This document shows positions 63,192-64,000 of a stretch of 64,000 bases of DNA, in pieces. Below the pieces are notes generated by a model that ran no database searches, had not been told where the DNA came from, and worked only from the letters and a program-made list of their open reading frames with translations. Numbering within the stretch: the stretch's first letter is position 1; each line of letters starts with the position of its first letter. The stretch comes from Candidatus Azophilus sp. (lineage in GTDB: Bacteria; Pseudomonadota; Gammaproteobacteria; Pseudomonadales; Azotimanducaceae): NCBI GenBank assembly GCA_965220425.1, contig OZ244830.1, positions 2,488,468 to 2,552,467 of the forward strand. The letters run 5' to 3'. Both the position numbers and the translations under genes were made by a program.

Positions 63192-64000
63192 CTGAACGCG
63201 AACATCGCCGTCCTTGCCATTGCGCAGGCTGTTGCGGTGACCGGCAGCGCAGCCCTGATCACCCTCGGCGGGATCGTCGGCCGCGATATCGCTCCGACAC
63301 CCGCGCTTGCCACGTTGCCGATCTCGATGCTCGTAGTCGGCACCGCTCTTGCCACGGTGTTCGCGGCCTGGACCATGGCGCGCATCGGCCGCGCGCGTGG
63401 CTTCGCCTGCGGCGCCGGTGTTGGTTGCGCCGGGGCCCTTTGTGCAATCGCGGCGCTGGCCGGCGGTAACTTCACGCTGTTCTGTGGCGCGGCTGTGCTG
63501 GTGGGCGTCGCAAATGCCTTTGCGCACCAATACCGCTTCGCGGCGGTGGAAACCGTCAGCGAAGCATCGGCCGGGTCGGCCGTGTCGATCACCCTCGCCG
63601 GGTCCCTGATCGGCGCCGTGCTGGGCCCGGAGCTTGCCGCGCGCGGCGAGTCCTGGGTGGAGGGCGCGCGTTTTTCCGGAACCTTCGCAGTGGTCGCGGG
63701 ATGTTACCTGTTTGCGGGTTTTCTGCTGCTATGGCTGCGCAATCCACGGCAGTCGAAGCCGTCCGCGGCATCCGACGCGGCACGGCCGTTGCGGGAGATC
63801 GCGCGCAACCGGACGTTTGTCGTTGCCGTCCTCGGTGGCGCGGCCGGATATGGCGTCATGGCCTTCGTGATGACTGCGGCGCCTCTCGCCATGCACGTAG
63901 TCGACGGGCATTCCCTCGCTCACACGGCGGCGGTCATTCAGGCGCACGTACTGGCCATGTACGCACCGTCGCTGGTGACGGGCTTGCTCTTGACGAGGTT
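63192..64000 (+). CDS. MFS transporter, 5' part (runs off the right edge); start codon unresolved
   Basis: The frame is open from 63147 to the window end: NIAVLAIAQAVAVTGSAALITLGGIVG...LPISMLVVGTALATV...ARIGRARGF..., with MFS TM1-TM6 plus loop topology. There is no ATG, GTG or TTG in frame before 63237. Confidence 0.75.
   Translation, partial: MNANIAVLAIAQAVAVTGSAALITLGGIVGRDIAPTPALATLPISMLVVGTALATVFAAWTMARIGRARGFACGAGVGCAGALCAIAALAGGNFTLFCGAAVLVGVANAFAHQYRFAAVETVSEASAGSAVSITLAGSLIGAVLGPELAARGESWVEGARFSGTFAVVAGCYLFAGFLLLWLRNPRQSKPSAASDAARPLREIARNRTFVVAVLGGAAGYGVMAFVMTAAPLAMHVVDGHSLAHTAAVIQAHVLAMYAPSLVTGLLLTR

Overview
High-GC (about 65 %) bacterial chromosomal segment. Gene content suggests an aerobic, probably marine or aquatic proteobacterium, but the taxon cannot be proven from the sequence alone. 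I support about 55 protein genes, one tRNA, two IS elements, two or three MITE-like elements and several gene remnants. Most long ORFs in the six-frame track are antisense or out-of-frame artefacts of the high GC content and are not called.

Most of the window is catabolic and housekeeping:
- NSS transporter, and a Cache-HAMP-PP2C-STAS sensor.
- A CoA-transferase, thiolase-like and DUF35 set, and a quinohaemoprotein PQQ alcohol dehydrogenase.
- A hotdog hydratase pair, and a crotonase-coaE-PHP string.
- An octahaem cytochrome c fused to TPR repeats.
- adhC, a fatty acid desaturase and NhaC.
- Two HCCA-isomerase/DsbA-like paralogues, DUF885 and an MBL-fold hydrolase.
- An atu/liu-like biotin carboxylase cluster with AtuA.
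- A DsbD-like and SCO pair.
- A LigAB-type meta-cleavage cluster with aldehyde dehydrogenase, FAH and CHM isomerase.
- An esterase plus Baeyer-Villiger monooxygenase module.

Accessory DNA lies at about 19.2-24.3 kb: an SDR pseudogene, a decayed IS6 element, an intact DDE IS with a 6-bp target duplication inserted into the 3' end of a low-GC Fic gene, and a non-coding low-GC tail.

I could not demonstrate a clearly novel multi-gene system. The best candidates for follow-up are:
1. The co-directional module of a degenerate ABC-type ATPase, an 88-aa ORF and an exported DUF3604 protein (24.4-28.0 kb), next to the island.
2. The low-GC class II Fic locus.
3. A 165-bp MITE present twice, each copy abutting a start codon and together bracketing 10.8 kb.
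4. An inverted-repeat-flanked 309-bp element carrying three 42-bp hairpin repeats, plus a dispersed 17-20-nt motif.

All family assignments come from motif recognition by eye. No database search was run.
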